From contig CBDBZU010000004.1 of NCBI GenBank assembly GCA_965213625.1, positions 2,464,001 through 2,528,000 on the forward strand: a DNA stretch of 64,000 bases, given 5' to 3'. The notes below the pieces were generated by a model. The model was given only the letters and a program-made list of their open reading frames with translations. It had not been told where the DNA came from and made no database searches. This document shows positions 26,094 to 36,400 of the stretch, piece by piece. Made by a program: the position numbers and the translations under genes. The first letter of the stretch is position 1, and each line of letters opens with the position of its first letter. Origin of the DNA: a bacterium. Its GTDB lineage: Bacteria > UBA8248.

Positions 26094-27260
26094 CTATAAA
26101 CTTAATAAATTCTGGGCGATGACCATGCGCTGAATCTGGTTGGTGCCCTCGATGATCTGCAACTGCTTCGCGTCTCTCATGAACCGCTCGAGCGGATGGT
26201 CTTTCATGTAGCCCGCGCCGCCGAGCACCTGTATGCCGTCCACTGCGGCCTTCATGGCGGCGTCGGTGGCGTAGCATTTCGCGGCGCAGATAAAATGCAC
26301 GTCTTCTTTCCGGTAGCGGCCATTATCCACCATCGAGGCTGCGCGGTAAACGAGCATGCGGGCCGCTTCTGTTTCCATGAACATGTCGGCGAGCATGAAC
26401 TGTACGGCCTGATGCTGCGCGATGGGTTTTCCGAATGCCTCGCGCTCCTTGGCGTAATTCGAGGCGTAATCCAGGCACCCCTGCGCCAGACCCACGCCCC
26501 GCGCGCCGATGGCGGGCCGAGCCTGGTTGAAGCCGAGCATGGCGGTCTTGAAGCCAAGGCCTGGCTCGCCGATCATATTCTCAAGGGGTACGCGCGCATC
26601 TTCGAGAAATACTTCACAGGTCGGGATGCCGCGCATCCCCATCTTCCGCTCATGGCGCCCCACCCGGAATTCACCCCTGGGGACGATGAAGAAAGAGATG
26701 CCCTTCGCCCCTTTGCCGGGTTCGGTCTTCGCTGCCACGGTGATGAAATCGGCCACGCTCGAGCCCGTGCAGAAGCACTTCTGGCCGTTGATCACCCACG
26801 TATCCCCGTCGCGTACGGCGCGCGTAGAAATGTTCGCCGCATCCGAGCCCGCATGCGGCTCGGTGAGCGCGAAGGCGGGACGCAACTCGCCCCGCGCGAC
26901 GCCAGCAAGATAGCGGTTTTTCTGCTCCTCGCTTCCGCCGATGGCGATGGGCCGCGTGGCGAGCAGGTGGACGGAGAAGAAGAGGGGAGAGTTCGAGCAA
27001 AACCGCGCCATCTGCTCGATAGCGATGCATGTTTCCAGGATACCGAGACCCGCCCCGCCATAGGCTTCGGGAACGTAGAGGCCGAGCAGGTCTTGGGATT
27101 TCAAGAGTTGAAAGACGTCTTCGGGGTATTCGTCGTTCTCGTCGATTGCAGCGGCGCGCGGCGCGATGTGGCGGCGGCTCAGTTCGTATACCGTCTCGGC
27201 CAGCATCCGCTGCGCCGGAGTGAGTTCAAACGCGCCTGTGGAATCCGGTATTCCCGTCAC
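26094..27260 (-). CDS. Acyl-CoA dehydrogenase
   Basis: FALTEPHAGSD, INGQKCF, ERKMGMRG, REAFGKPI, QVLGGAGY, QIIEGTNQIQR (catalytic Glu). Confidence 0.93.
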   Translation of the reverse strand: MTGIPDSTGAFELTPAQRMLAETVYELSRRHIAPRAAAIDENDEYPEDVFQLLKSQDLLGLYVPEAYGGAGLGILETCIAIEQMARFCSNSPLFFSVHLLATRPIAIGGSEEQKNRYLAGVARGELRPAFALTEPHAGSDAANISTRAVRDGDTWVINGQKCFCTGSSVADFITVAAKTEPGKGAKGISFFIVPRGEFRVGRHERKMGMRGIPTCEVFLEDARVPLENMIGEPGLGFKTAMLGFNQARPAIGARGVGLAQGCLDYASNYAKEREAFGKPIAQHQAVQFMLADMFMETEAARMLVYRAASMVDNGRYRKEDVHFICAAKCYATDAAMKAAVDGIQVLGGAGYMKDHPLERFMRDAKQLQIIEGTNQIQRMVIAQNLLSL

Positions 27261-27273
27261 GCTCGGCTTGCTC

Positions 27274-28446
27274 CTAGAGGCCGAGCAGGTTCCGGGCGAT
27301 GATCATCCGCTGAATCTGGCTCGTTCCCTCGACGATCTGGATCTGCTTGGCGTCGCGCATGAAGCGCTCGAGCGGGTGGTCCTTCATGTAGCCCGCCCCG
27401 CCGAGCACCTGGATGCCGTCTATCGCGCACTTCATGGCCATATCGGCCGCATAGGTCTTTGCCGTCGAGAAATACCTGGCGTTCTCCTTGCCGATTTGGC
27501 CCGCGTCCACCATGGCGGCCGCGCGGTAGACGAGCAGCCGAGCCGCCTCGATATCCATGAACATGTCGGCGAGCATGAACTGCACGGCCTGGTGCTGGGC
27601 GATGGGTTTACCGAACGCCTCGCGCTCCTTGGCGTAGTTAGCTGCGTAGTCGAGACAGCCCTGGGCCAGACCCACCGCGCGCGAGCCGATGGCGGGCCGC
27701 ATCTGGTTGAAGCCGACCATCGCGGTCTTGAAGCCCTGGTTCAGATCGCCCACCTGGTTTTCAAGCGGGACGGCCACGTTGTCGAGATTGAGCATGCAGG
27801 TCGAGATGCCGCGCATCCCCATCTTGCGCTCGTGCTTGGCGATGCTGAAGCCCGGCGTGTCGGTGGGGACGATGTAGTAGGTGATGCCGCGCGTGCCGGC
27901 GTGGGGGTCGGTCTTGGCGGCGACGGTGATGAAGTCCGCCTTGTCGGGCCCCGTGCAGAAGCACTTCGTTCCGTTGATGACCCACTCGTCGCCCTCCTTG
28001 ACGGCGCGCGTGCGGATGTTGCCCGCATCCGAGCCCGCGTGGGGTTCGGTGAGCGCGTAGGAGCCTCTGAGTTCTCCCTTCGCGAGGCCCGTCATGTAGT
28101 GGTTTTTCTGCTCCTGCGTGCCGCTCAGGTCGATCACGCGGCTCGAGAGCATGTTGAGCACGATGAATAGCGGGGAGTTCGAGCAGACGCGCGCTATTTC
28201 CTCGATGGCGACGCAACCGCCCAGAAAGCCCATGCCGCCGCCCCCGTATTCCTCGGGGAAGAAGATGCCGAGCAGGCCGTGTTCTTTCTGGAGCTGGAAG
28301 ATGTCTTCGGGGTATTCCTCGTTCTCGTCGATGTCGGCGGCCCGAGGGGCGATGTAGCGCTCCGAGAGTTCGCGGACCGTCTGGCGAAGCATCTTCTGCG
28401 TTTCATCGAGGTCGAATTGCAGCGTGGATTCCGTTTGCAGGCTCAT
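27274..28446 (-). CDS. Acyl-CoA dehydrogenase (paralogue of the downstream gene)
   Basis: YALTEPHAGSD, INGTKCF, REAFGKPI, QIVEGTSQIQR; start assigned to ATG 28446. Confidence 0.93.
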   Translation of the reverse strand: MSLQTESTLQFDLDETQKMLRQTVRELSERYIAPRAADIDENEEYPEDIFQLQKEHGLLGIFFPEEYGGGGMGFLGGCVAIEEIARVCSNSPLFIVLNMLSSRVIDLSGTQEQKNHYMTGLAKGELRGSYALTEPHAGSDAGNIRTRAVKEGDEWVINGTKCFCTGPDKADFITVAAKTDPHAGTRGITYYIVPTDTPGFSIAKHERKMGMRGISTCMLNLDNVAVPLENQVGDLNQGFKTAMVGFNQMRPAIGSRAVGLAQGCLDYAANYAKEREAFGKPIAQHQAVQFMLADMFMDIEAARLLVYRAAAMVDAGQIGKENARYFSTAKTYAADMAMKCAIDGIQVLGGAGYMKDHPLERFMRDAKQIQIVEGTSQIQRMIIARNLLGL

Positions 28447-28627
28447 TTCATGGCTCCAGCGGTTTGATAATTTTGAGAAAGCGCTAGGGTTTATGCTTTC
28501 ATATTCCACCCCGCAGCGATTGCGTGTCAACGCTTCGAGGGGAATAATGCCGCAAACGCGCTATTGTACTGACCGGCGCGCGTCCCGGTTGCAGCCCGCG
28601 CCTCGTTTCACCCAAGGAGTTATGCGC

Positions 28628-29794
28628 ATGGACATCGTCATTCGCGGTGGATACGTGATCGATCCTTCGCAGGACCTGGAGGGAACGATGGACGTCGAGG
28701 TCGCGCGCGGCCGCGTGAGGCGGGTGGCTCCCCACATCGAGCCTGAGGGCAGGCAGACACTGAACGCGCGGGGAAAAATCGTCACTCCCGGCCTGGTCGA
28801 CCTCCATTGCCATTTCTATGAGGGCGTTACGCATTACGGCGTGAATCTGGATGCGGCCATGCTATCACGTGGCGTGACGACGGCGGTTGATACGGGCAGC
28901 GCGGGCGCGCAGACGTACCCGAGTTTTCAGGAATGGTTCCTGGAGAAGGCGCGCCCGACGGTGCGCGCGTACTTGAACATCTCGGAAGGCGGGCTCCTGA
29001 TAGACGGCCTCGGAGAGAACATCGACATGCGTGCGCTGCGTGTTGACAGGGCGGTGGCGTGCTACCAGAAGAACCGGAAATACCTCATCGGCATGAAGGT
29101 GCGTCTGAGTGATAATGTGGTGGAGCGAAGCGGCTCGAAACCCCTGGACGCGGCACTCGAGGCGGCGGAATATCTGAAAGTCCCGCTCATGGTCCACGTG
29201 GGCAACACGCCCTCATCTTTGCCGAGCATCCTGAAGCGCCTCCGCCCCGGCGACGTCCTCACGCACGCGTTTCACGGCAGGCGGGAGAACATACTCGACA
29301 AAAGCGGTCGGGTGCGCCGTGCGGTGTGGGAGGCGAGGGATTCGGGCGTGCTGCTTGACGTGGCGCACGGGCGCTTGAGCTTCAGTTTCGAGATTATGGA
29401 GCGCGCCATGGCGCAGGGACTGATGCCGGGCAACCTGAGCACCGACCTCCATACGCACTGCATCAATGGGCCGGTATATGATTTCCCGAGCCTCATGAGC
29501 AAGTTTCTGGCCCTGGGTTTTCCTCTTAAGGAAGTTGTTCGCCTCAGCACGCAGACGGCGGCGGAGTGGATTGGCCTTAAAGGCAAGGTGGGTACGCTCA
29601 AAAAAGGCGCAAGGGGCGACGTCGCCGTGTTCCGGATGAAGGAGGGCCGGTTCTTTTTCGAGGACTCCATGGGCGCGCGGCGGAAGGGAGACCGGATGCT
29701 CGAGGCGACGCACGTGGTCCTGGGAGGCAGGCTGCTCAGGCCGTCCGGGAGAGAGCGGCGAAGGCTCACCGAGGTGGCGGGGAAATCGAAATAA
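28628..29794 (+). CDS. Amidohydrolase/deacetylase family metallohydrolase (dihydroorotase-like)
   Basis: PGLVDLHCH, GVTTAVDTGSAG, GMKVR, LMVH, LRPGDVLTH, DVAHG, STDLH; RBS AAGGAG. Confidence 0.88.
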   Translation: MDIVIRGGYVIDPSQDLEGTMDVEVARGRVRRVAPHIEPEGRQTLNARGKIVTPGLVDLHCHFYEGVTHYGVNLDAAMLSRGVTTAVDTGSAGAQTYPSFQEWFLEKARPTVRAYLNISEGGLLIDGLGENIDMRALRVDRAVACYQKNRKYLIGMKVRLSDNVVERSGSKPLDAALEAAEYLKVPLMVHVGNTPSSLPSILKRLRPGDVLTHAFHGRRENILDKSGRVRRAVWEARDSGVLLDVAHGRLSFSFEIMERAMAQGLMPGNLSTDLHTHCINGPVYDFPSLMSKFLALGFPLKEVVRLSTQTAAEWIGLKGKVGTLKKGARGDVAVFRMKEGRFFFEDSMGARRKGDRMLEATHVVLGGRLLRPSGRERRRLTEVAGKSK

Positions 29795-29818
29795 TCTGTA
29801 AATTTCCGGTGCAGGGGG

Positions 29819-29847
29819 TTGACTACCTGCTTTAGCAGGACTATTTT
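29819..29847 (+). promoter_or_regulatory. Putative sigma70 promoter of the aroF leader
   Basis: TTGACT-17 bp-TATTTT. Confidence 0.55.
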
Positions 29848-29900
29848 ACGGCCTTGTTTTTCAGAGAATTATCATGTTTTAAATTTCAAAGGCGGTCATC

Positions 29901-29978
29901 ATGCGGACGATGAATAGATCTTATGGCGGGTATTGCTTTTTCGGCTTTATCACCGTCCGTCTGCGCGCCGATATGTAA
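29901..29978 (+). CDS. Putative Tyr/Phe-rich attenuator leader peptide (MRTMNRSYGGYCFFGFITVRLRADM)
   Basis: 25-aa ORF with 2 Tyr and 3 Phe within 9 codons, upstream of DAHP synthase and a terminator. Confidence 0.75.
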   Translation: MRTMNRSYGGYCFFGFITVRLRADM

Positions 29979-30032
29979 TAACGAACGGCGGGCGGGTGGA
30001 CAGCCCGGTCGCCACGGACAATAGAGAAACAT

Positions 30033-30066
30033 TCGCCGTGGGACAGACTCACGGCGATTTTTTTTT
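30033..30066 (+). terminator. Intrinsic terminator of the aroF attenuator
   Basis: TCGCCGTGGG-acaga-CTCACGGCGA followed by T9. Confidence 0.8.
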
Positions 30067-30110
30067 AGAAACACGCTAAAAAACTTCGAGAGAGAAAAAG
30101 GAGATTCGTT

Positions 30111-31130
30111 TTGATTATCGTGATGAAGCAGGGCGCAACGGATGATGAGATTGGGAACGCCATCAACAGGATTAACGAACTCGGCTACAAGGAACACGTC
30201 ATCAAGGGTGTGGAGCGTACGGTGATCGGGGCCATCGGGGATGAACGGGGGAAATACATGCTGGAATCACTCGTTTCTTTAAATGGAGTGGAAAGCGCGA
30301 TGCCCATTCTCAAGCCCTTCAAACTGGCGAGCGCGGAGGGAAGGCCCGAGCGCAGTCAGTTGCCCATGGGCGAGGGGGTGGAAATCGGCGGTGAGAAAAT
30401 CATCATCGTCGGCGGGCCGTGCTCCGTGGAGAGCAGGGAGCAGATTTTGCAATCCGCCGAAATGGTGAAGGCGGGTGGAGGTCACGTGCTAAGAGGCGGC
30501 GCGTATAAGCCGCGCACATCGCCGTACAGCTTCCAGGGCATGGCGGAAGACGGCCTCAAACTCCTTGCCGAGGCGCGCGAGAATACAGGACTCCCCATCC
30601 AGACGGAGGTCATGGACTCAGAAGACATCGATGTGTGCTGCGAGTATGCCGACGTGCTCCAAATCGGCGCGCGCAACGTGCAGAACTTCTCGTTGCTGAA
30701 AAAAGTCGGCAAGACGAAAAAGACCATTTTCTTAAAGCGCGGTATGTCCACGACGATAGAAGAGTTCCTGATGTCGGCCGAATACATCATGAGCCAGGGA
30801 AATCCGAACGTCGTGCTGTGCGAGAGGGGGATACGCACCTTCGAGACGGCCACGCGCAACACGCTGGACATCAGCGCCGTGCCCGTCCTCAGGGAGCAGA
30901 CGCATCTGCCGATCGTGGTGGACCCGAGCCACGCGGCGGGCGCATGGCGGTACGTCGGACCCCTGGCGAAGGCGTCCGTGGCGGTCGGTGCGGACGGCCT
31001 GATGCTCGAGATGCACCCCGAACCCGAAAAGGCGATGAGCGACGGACCGCAGTCGCTCAAACCAGGGAAGTTCGCTGCCCTGGTCGAGGAACTCAAGGTG
31101 TTCGCAGAGGCCGCCGGCAGAACGATATAG
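30111..31130 (+). CDS. aroF: 3-deoxy-7-phosphoheptulonate (DAHP) synthase, class I-beta with N-terminal regulatory domain
   Basis: MIIVMK N-terminus, [46 protein letters not shown]. Confidence 0.95.
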   Translation: MIIVMKQGATDDEIGNAINRINELGYKEHVIKGVERTVIGAIGDERGKYMLESLVSLNGVESAMPILKPFKLASAEGRPERSQLPMGEGVEIGGEKIIIVGGPCSVESREQILQSAEMVKAGGGHVLRGGAYKPRTSPYSFQGMAEDGLKLLAEARENTGLPIQTEVMDSEDIDVCCEYADVLQIGARNVQNFSLLKKVGKTKKTIFLKRGMSTTIEEFLMSAEYIMSQGNPNVVLCERGIRTFETATRNTLDISAVPVLREQTHLPIVVDPSHAAGAWRYVGPLAKASVAVGADGLMLEMHPEPEKAMSDGPQSLKPGKFAALVEELKVFAEAAGRTI

Positions 31131-31131
31131 C

Positions 31132-32001
31132 ATGTCCGTTCTATTCGTGTTCGTAGACGGCCTGGGAATCGCTCAGCCGGCGCCGGGCAATCCGCTCTCA
31201 CGCGTAAAGGAGCCTCCTCTGGGGCTTTTATGCGGGAACGAGGCGCCCGGTTTCCGCCTCATCGAGGCTGACGCCTGCCTCGGCGTCGAGGGCATCCCCC
31301 AGAGCGCGACCGGCGGAACAGCCTTATTTACGGGCGTGAATGCTCCCAAGGCGGTGGGGAGGCACGTTCAGGCCCTTCCGAATACGCAGTTGCGCCGCAT
31401 CATCGCTCGAAACGGACTTTTCAGGCGCGCCCGAGAGAGCGGCGCCGCCGTCGGGTTCGCCAACACGTATACTCCTCGTTTTTTCATACGCGGCAGAAAC
31501 CGCATACGCTCGGTGACCACGGTGATGGCCGAGAGCGCGGGCCTACGCCTGAAACGTCTGGAGGACCTCGTCGCGGGCAGGGCCGTTTATCGCGACTACA
31601 CGAATGGGCTCATCGTCGAGCAGGGTCATGACGTGGCGCGTCTCAGCGCCGAAGAGGCGGGCGCCCGCTTGGGAGAATTGGCGAAGACAAAGGATTTGCT
31701 GCTCTACGAGTTTTTTCAGACCGATCACGTCGGACATCGCGGAACCGCCGAGGACGCTTTTGAGGTTCTGGCGAATTTGAACCGATTCCTGAGGGCCGCG
31801 CTCGCACGTATCGACCCGGCTGTGGATACGTTCGTTCTCAGCAGCGATCACGGCAACGTGGAGGATATGGAAACGTCAGCGCATACGACGAACCCCGTTC
31901 CCATTTTGCTCTACGGAAAAGGCGGAAACACCTTTCTCGCAAACACAGCGAATCCGAGCATCTGCGACGTAACGCCTATGATTCTATCCATTGTTTCGTA
32001 A
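31132..32001 (+). CDS. Metalloenzyme, cofactor-independent phosphoglycerate mutase/alkaline phosphatase superfamily
   Basis: FVDGLG, PQSATG, TDHVGH, SSDHGN, HTTNPVP. Confidence 0.82.
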   Translation: MSVLFVFVDGLGIAQPAPGNPLSRVKEPPLGLLCGNEAPGFRLIEADACLGVEGIPQSATGGTALFTGVNAPKAVGRHVQALPNTQLRRIIARNGLFRRARESGAAVGFANTYTPRFFIRGRNRIRSVTTVMAESAGLRLKRLEDLVAGRAVYRDYTNGLIVEQGHDVARLSAEEAGARLGELAKTKDLLLYEFFQTDHVGHRGTAEDAFEVLANLNRFLRAALARIDPAVDTFVLSSDHGNVEDMETSAHTTNPVPILLYGKGGNTFLANTANPSICDVTPMILSIVS

Positions 32002-32163
32002 AGTTTCCTTAAATATTTTTTGATGCGTCAATATAGTGTTTTTTTGAGGCGGAGAAAGGGGTCTTGCTTTTTTCAAACATTGACTTTCGGCCCGGTTATG
32101 AAATAGACTCGAATCTCATATTTCGGGTCGTTTTTGTTGTTTTTTGGCGAAATGGGGCGCAGG

Positions 32164-33405
32164 ATGGAAAATCTCGACCCGACACTGATGGCGCGGATAG
32201 AAAAAGAGTGTGTGGGACCTTTCTTGCGTCATATGCGCGAGGAAAAAGACTTACTACTTCGTTCGATCTCCGAACAGACAAGAATCCGAACATATTATCT
32301 GGAAAGTATCGAAAACGGTGACTTCGATAAGTTGCCGACAGGCCCGGTCGGCCTGGGTTTCGTTCGCGCTTTTGCGGATGCTGTCGGTGTAGACAGCAAT
32401 GCCGTCGCCGCGAATTATAAACGCGAAACGACCGGCGGGGTTCCCTTGGAGGAGTTAGGTCTGGAACCCGAGTCCCGTACCTTGTACAGCCCTGTTTCCC
32501 GGGTAAATCGATTCTCTTCCGTTGCCACCGTTGCTTTTGTATTGGTTTTCCTTCTCGCCGGCGGCGGCGTTTTGTGGTTCATGAAGGGACGAACGGAGCA
32601 GCTAGTTCCGGTTAGCTCGATTGTCGGCAGGATCAAGACAGCGATTGCGCCCGTGGCGGAGAAGACAACCCGGCAGAATGGGGTTGATGAAAAAGCGAAT
32701 AATAAAAATGGAACGGGGACAGAAGCCAAAATTGTCGGAAATAAGGAGCCAGTGCAAGAGCGTCCTCCCGCCTCGGCCGCGAATTTAAAGAAGCCTGTTG
32801 TCTCCGAGAATGAGGGAAAGCCTTCCCGGGCCGAAGAGAAACCTCCGCTTCAAGCGAGTGCCCCTGCCCGGCAGAATCCCGCGGTAGAGGAGACTCCTCC
32901 CGCACAGGCAAGTCCATCGCCTCAGATTCAAGAGAGTACTTCCGCTCAAGATAGCGTACGGGCCCAGGAGAGCTCCCCGGCCCCGCAAAACCCCTTGGTT
33001 GAGCAGAGTGCTCCAGCCGAAGAGAAAGTCGCTCTCAACACGGCGCCGGCTCGTCAAGCTGCCTCGCAGGAACAGCAATCCTCGGCGGCGCCTGCGTTAC
33101 CGGCCCCGGCTGCTTCCACATCGCCGACCCCAGCCCCGGCATCTTCCAAAGAACTTCCGCTGACTTTGAAGATTTTTGCGACGGAAGACACCTGGCTGCG
33201 AATCGTGGTCGATGAGAAGAATACGGAAGAACTCCTTTTGTTGGCGGGCAACGAGAAAGATTGGAAGGCGTCGGAAAAATTCGCCCTCACTGTGGGGAAC
33301 GTGGCGGGAACGCAGATATCCTTGAACGGCGCGGAGGTCGCGTTGCCCAAGAATAATTCCAACGTGCTCCGGGACTTTGTGATCAGCAAGAAGTATTTGA
33401 ATTAA
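32164..33405 (+). CDS. rodZ: RodZ-like cytoskeleton protein (HTH + TM + low-complexity linker + DUF4115)
   Basis: TRIRTYYLESIENGDFDKLP...GFVRAFA HTH, one TM, C-terminal ATEDTWLRI...VGNVAG; start uncertain (32152 or 32164). Confidence 0.85.
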   Translation: MENLDPTLMARIEKECVGPFLRHMREEKDLLLRSISEQTRIRTYYLESIENGDFDKLPTGPVGLGFVRAFADAVGVDSNAVAANYKRETTGGVPLEELGLEPESRTLYSPVSRVNRFSSVATVAFVLVFLLAGGGVLWFMKGRTEQLVPVSSIVGRIKTAIAPVAEKTTRQNGVDEKANNKNGTGTEAKIVGNKEPVQERPPASAANLKKPVVSENEGKPSRAEEKPPLQASAPARQNPAVEETPPAQASPSPQIQESTSAQDSVRAQESSPAPQNPLVEQSAPAEEKVALNTAPARQAASQEQQSSAAPALPAPAASTSPTPAPASSKELPLTLKIFATEDTWLRIVVDEKNTEELLLLAGNEKDWKASEKFALTVGNVAGTQISLNGAEVALPKNNSNVLRDFVISKKYLN

Positions 33406-33461
33406 GGTTTGTCCGAAATTTTCCATGCGAAACGGGATGTCCCGACTCATTTCATCGACTG

Positions 33462-36400
33462 ATGACCGGTTTGAATTCTGATATTTGCGCTATGGATAAA
33501 TTCTTCATGTCGCTTCTTGGCCTCGATGGGGCCAAGCGGATTCTCCTGCGCGGAGCGAACGATGCTTCGATCGCCTGGTGGCTGGCCCGAATTGCGTGCG
33601 AACACCCCGGACCCGTCGTTTTCGTCGAGGGGGAGCAACGTCGCCTCGAAGTGATCAAAGCGAACATGAAGCTGTTTCTCGGCGCCTCGGTGGCGCGCGA
33701 TTTGCCCGTTCTGGGTTTTCCGGCATGGGACGTGTATCCCTTCTCACGGTTGTCTCCATCCAGCGAGGTCGTCGGCGAGAGGATGTCCGCGCTGCAATTT
33801 CTGCGGGGCGGGGAACAAGGCGTCGTATTGACCAGCATAACGGCTATGGGGACGAGAACGCCTTCTCCCGATCGTTTGGGCGACGCCATGATGCGCTTGC
33901 GCGAAGGGATGGCGATTGAGCGTGACCCTTTCATCGGTTCACTCGAATCGCTGATGTACCAAAGAAGGTCGTTGGTCGAATCCCCTGGAGAGTATGCCGT
34001 GAGAGGCGGCATTCTGGATTTTTTCTCTCCCCAAAACGCATATCCGACGCGCCTGGAGCTTCGCGGGGATGAAGTCGATTCCCTGAGAAACTTCAACCCC
34101 CAGACGCAGCGGAATCTGGAAACCCTGCAAAGCGTGGACGTCTTTCCGTCGAAAGAAATTGTTTTCTCGCCGGAGGATATCGAGAGGGGCCGCCGCGCCC
34201 TTGCCGAAATCACTGCGCCGGAAACGAGAGAACGAATCGAGCGTCTTCTCGAATATCTCGATGTAGACGGGCATTTTTCGGGTATGGAAGGTCTTGCGCC
34301 CTTGTTCCTGTCCGACATGACGACTTTGTTCGACGTAGCACCTGGCAATACGCTCTGGATAATGAATGAATCGGAAAATCTCGATGAAGCGATGGAGAAA
34401 TTTTGGGACGAGGTGAACGAGGAGGCGCGTCTTGCGCCCGAGAGGGGACTCGTTTCCTTTGCGCCCGAGCGTTTGTGGCAAACGCCGGAAGAAATTCGCG
34501 AGGAACTCTCCATCTGGCCACGTCTCGAGTTTGATTCACTGGGACTGGACGCCCCGAATCCAGAGGAGAACATCAAGGCGGACGATGCCTTGCGCGCGGA
34601 AAACATCAACCCCTTCCGTGGGCGTGTGGAGGCGTTTGTCGATCAGTTGCGCTCATGGCGCAGAGAGGACCAAAGCGTCGTCATCGTGGCGGAGGAGAAG
34701 ACCTTAGCCCTTAGGATACAGGCGCTGCTTCGCGAGCATGAGGTGGGCGTGGAAATTTTGCCCGAAGGCGCCTCTTTCATGGATGGGCGTCATGACGTCG
34801 TGCTGGCGGAGGGGAAACTAAGCGCCGGCTTCAGGCTACCCGATGAGCAGAGGGTGTTTTTTCGCGCGCAGGATTTGCTCGTCGGCGCTTTGGGAAGGGA
34901 TTCGCGCCGCCTCCCCCAATCGAAACCCGGCGAGGGTTTTAAGGATTTGAGTGAAAAAGACCTCGTGGTGCACGCGGAACACGGCGTCGGCCGCTACATG
35001 GGAACACGCGTCATCGAGCACCGCGACGGGGAGAATGAATTCCTCACCCTCCAGTATGCGGGCGGCGACAAGCTCTACGTCCCCATGGACGACGTAGAGC
35101 GCATCCACAAATATCGTGGAGGCGGAATCGCGCCGCCGCTGGACAGGTTGGGCGGGAACCGGTGGAACAAGACGAAGAACAACGTCAAGAAATCGCTCCG
35201 CGGGATCGCCCGCGATCTTGTGCGTCTGTATTCAGAGCGTAGCTCCGCGTTGGGATACGCCTTCTCGGCCGAGGGGGCGTTCGATCATGAAATATCCGCA
35301 GGCTTCGGGTTCGAGGAGACGCCAGATCAGGAACAGGCCATTCGCGTCGTGCTGGAGGATATGGAGCGCGCCCAGCCGATGGATCGCCTCATTTGCGGAG
35401 ACGTAGGCTACGGTAAGACGGAAGTGGCGCTCCGTGCCGCGGCCCGGGCGATTTCGGCGGGCAAGCAGGTCGCCGTCATCGTGCCGACGACGCTGCTCGC
35501 GCACCAGCATTGGGATACCTTCCGCCAGCGCTTCGAATCCCTGCCGGTGCAGGTGGAGATGCTCTCGCGCTTCAGAACCAGAAAAGAGCAGGCGGAAGTG
35601 GCGGAAGGACTCTCGGCGGGGCGGGTCGACATCGTCATCGGCACCCATCGGCTTCTGCAAAAAGACGTGTCGTTCCGCGATTTGGGTCTTCTGGTCATCG
35701 ACGAAGAACATCGTTTCGGAGTCTCCCACAAGGAGAAGTTAAAAAAACTCCGTGTCAACGTGGACGTTCTGACGCTCACCGCCACGCCCATCCCCCGCAC
35801 CCTGGAGATGGCGCTCTCGGGCACGCGCGATTTGAGCGTCATCGAGACGCCCCCGCGCCACCGTGTCGCGCCGCGCACGTACATCTCGCGCTTCAGTGAA
35901 AAACTCATCACAGACGCCATTACCAAGGAGATCGACAGAGGAGGCCAGGTGTTTTTCGTGCACAACCGGGTGCAAAGCCTCCCCGCCATGCGGCGGCTTC
36001 TGCAAAAACTCGCACCCGACGCGCGCATTCTGGTGGGCCACGGAAAGATGAAGGAAAGAGAACTTGAAGAGGTGATGGAGCAGTTCGTGACCCGCCGGGC
36101 CGACGTGCTGCTTTGCACCACGATCATCGAGAGCGGTCTCGACATCCCTTCGGTGAACACGATCGTGATCAACCGCGCAGATACGTTCGGTATGGCGCAG
36201 CTCTACCAGTTGCGCGGTCGCGTGGGGCGCGACAGGTTCCAGGCGCACGCCTACCTCCTGGTTTCGGGCGCCGGCTCTTTGACGAAGCAGGCCAGAGAAC
36301 GGCTGCAGGCGATCGAGGAGCTGAGCGAGTTGGGGGCCGGTTTCAAGCTGGCTATGCGTGATCTGGAGATTCGGGGCGCGGGACACTTGCTCGGGCACCG

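Noticed and set aside
28628-29794. Second pyrC
   Set aside because: Motifs fit the deacetylase-like amidohydrolase subfamily; the true pyrC lies in the pyr operon.
32760-33150. Repeat-like Pro/Ala/Gln/Ser-rich stretch
   Set aside because: Ordinary low-complexity periplasmic linker of RodZ.
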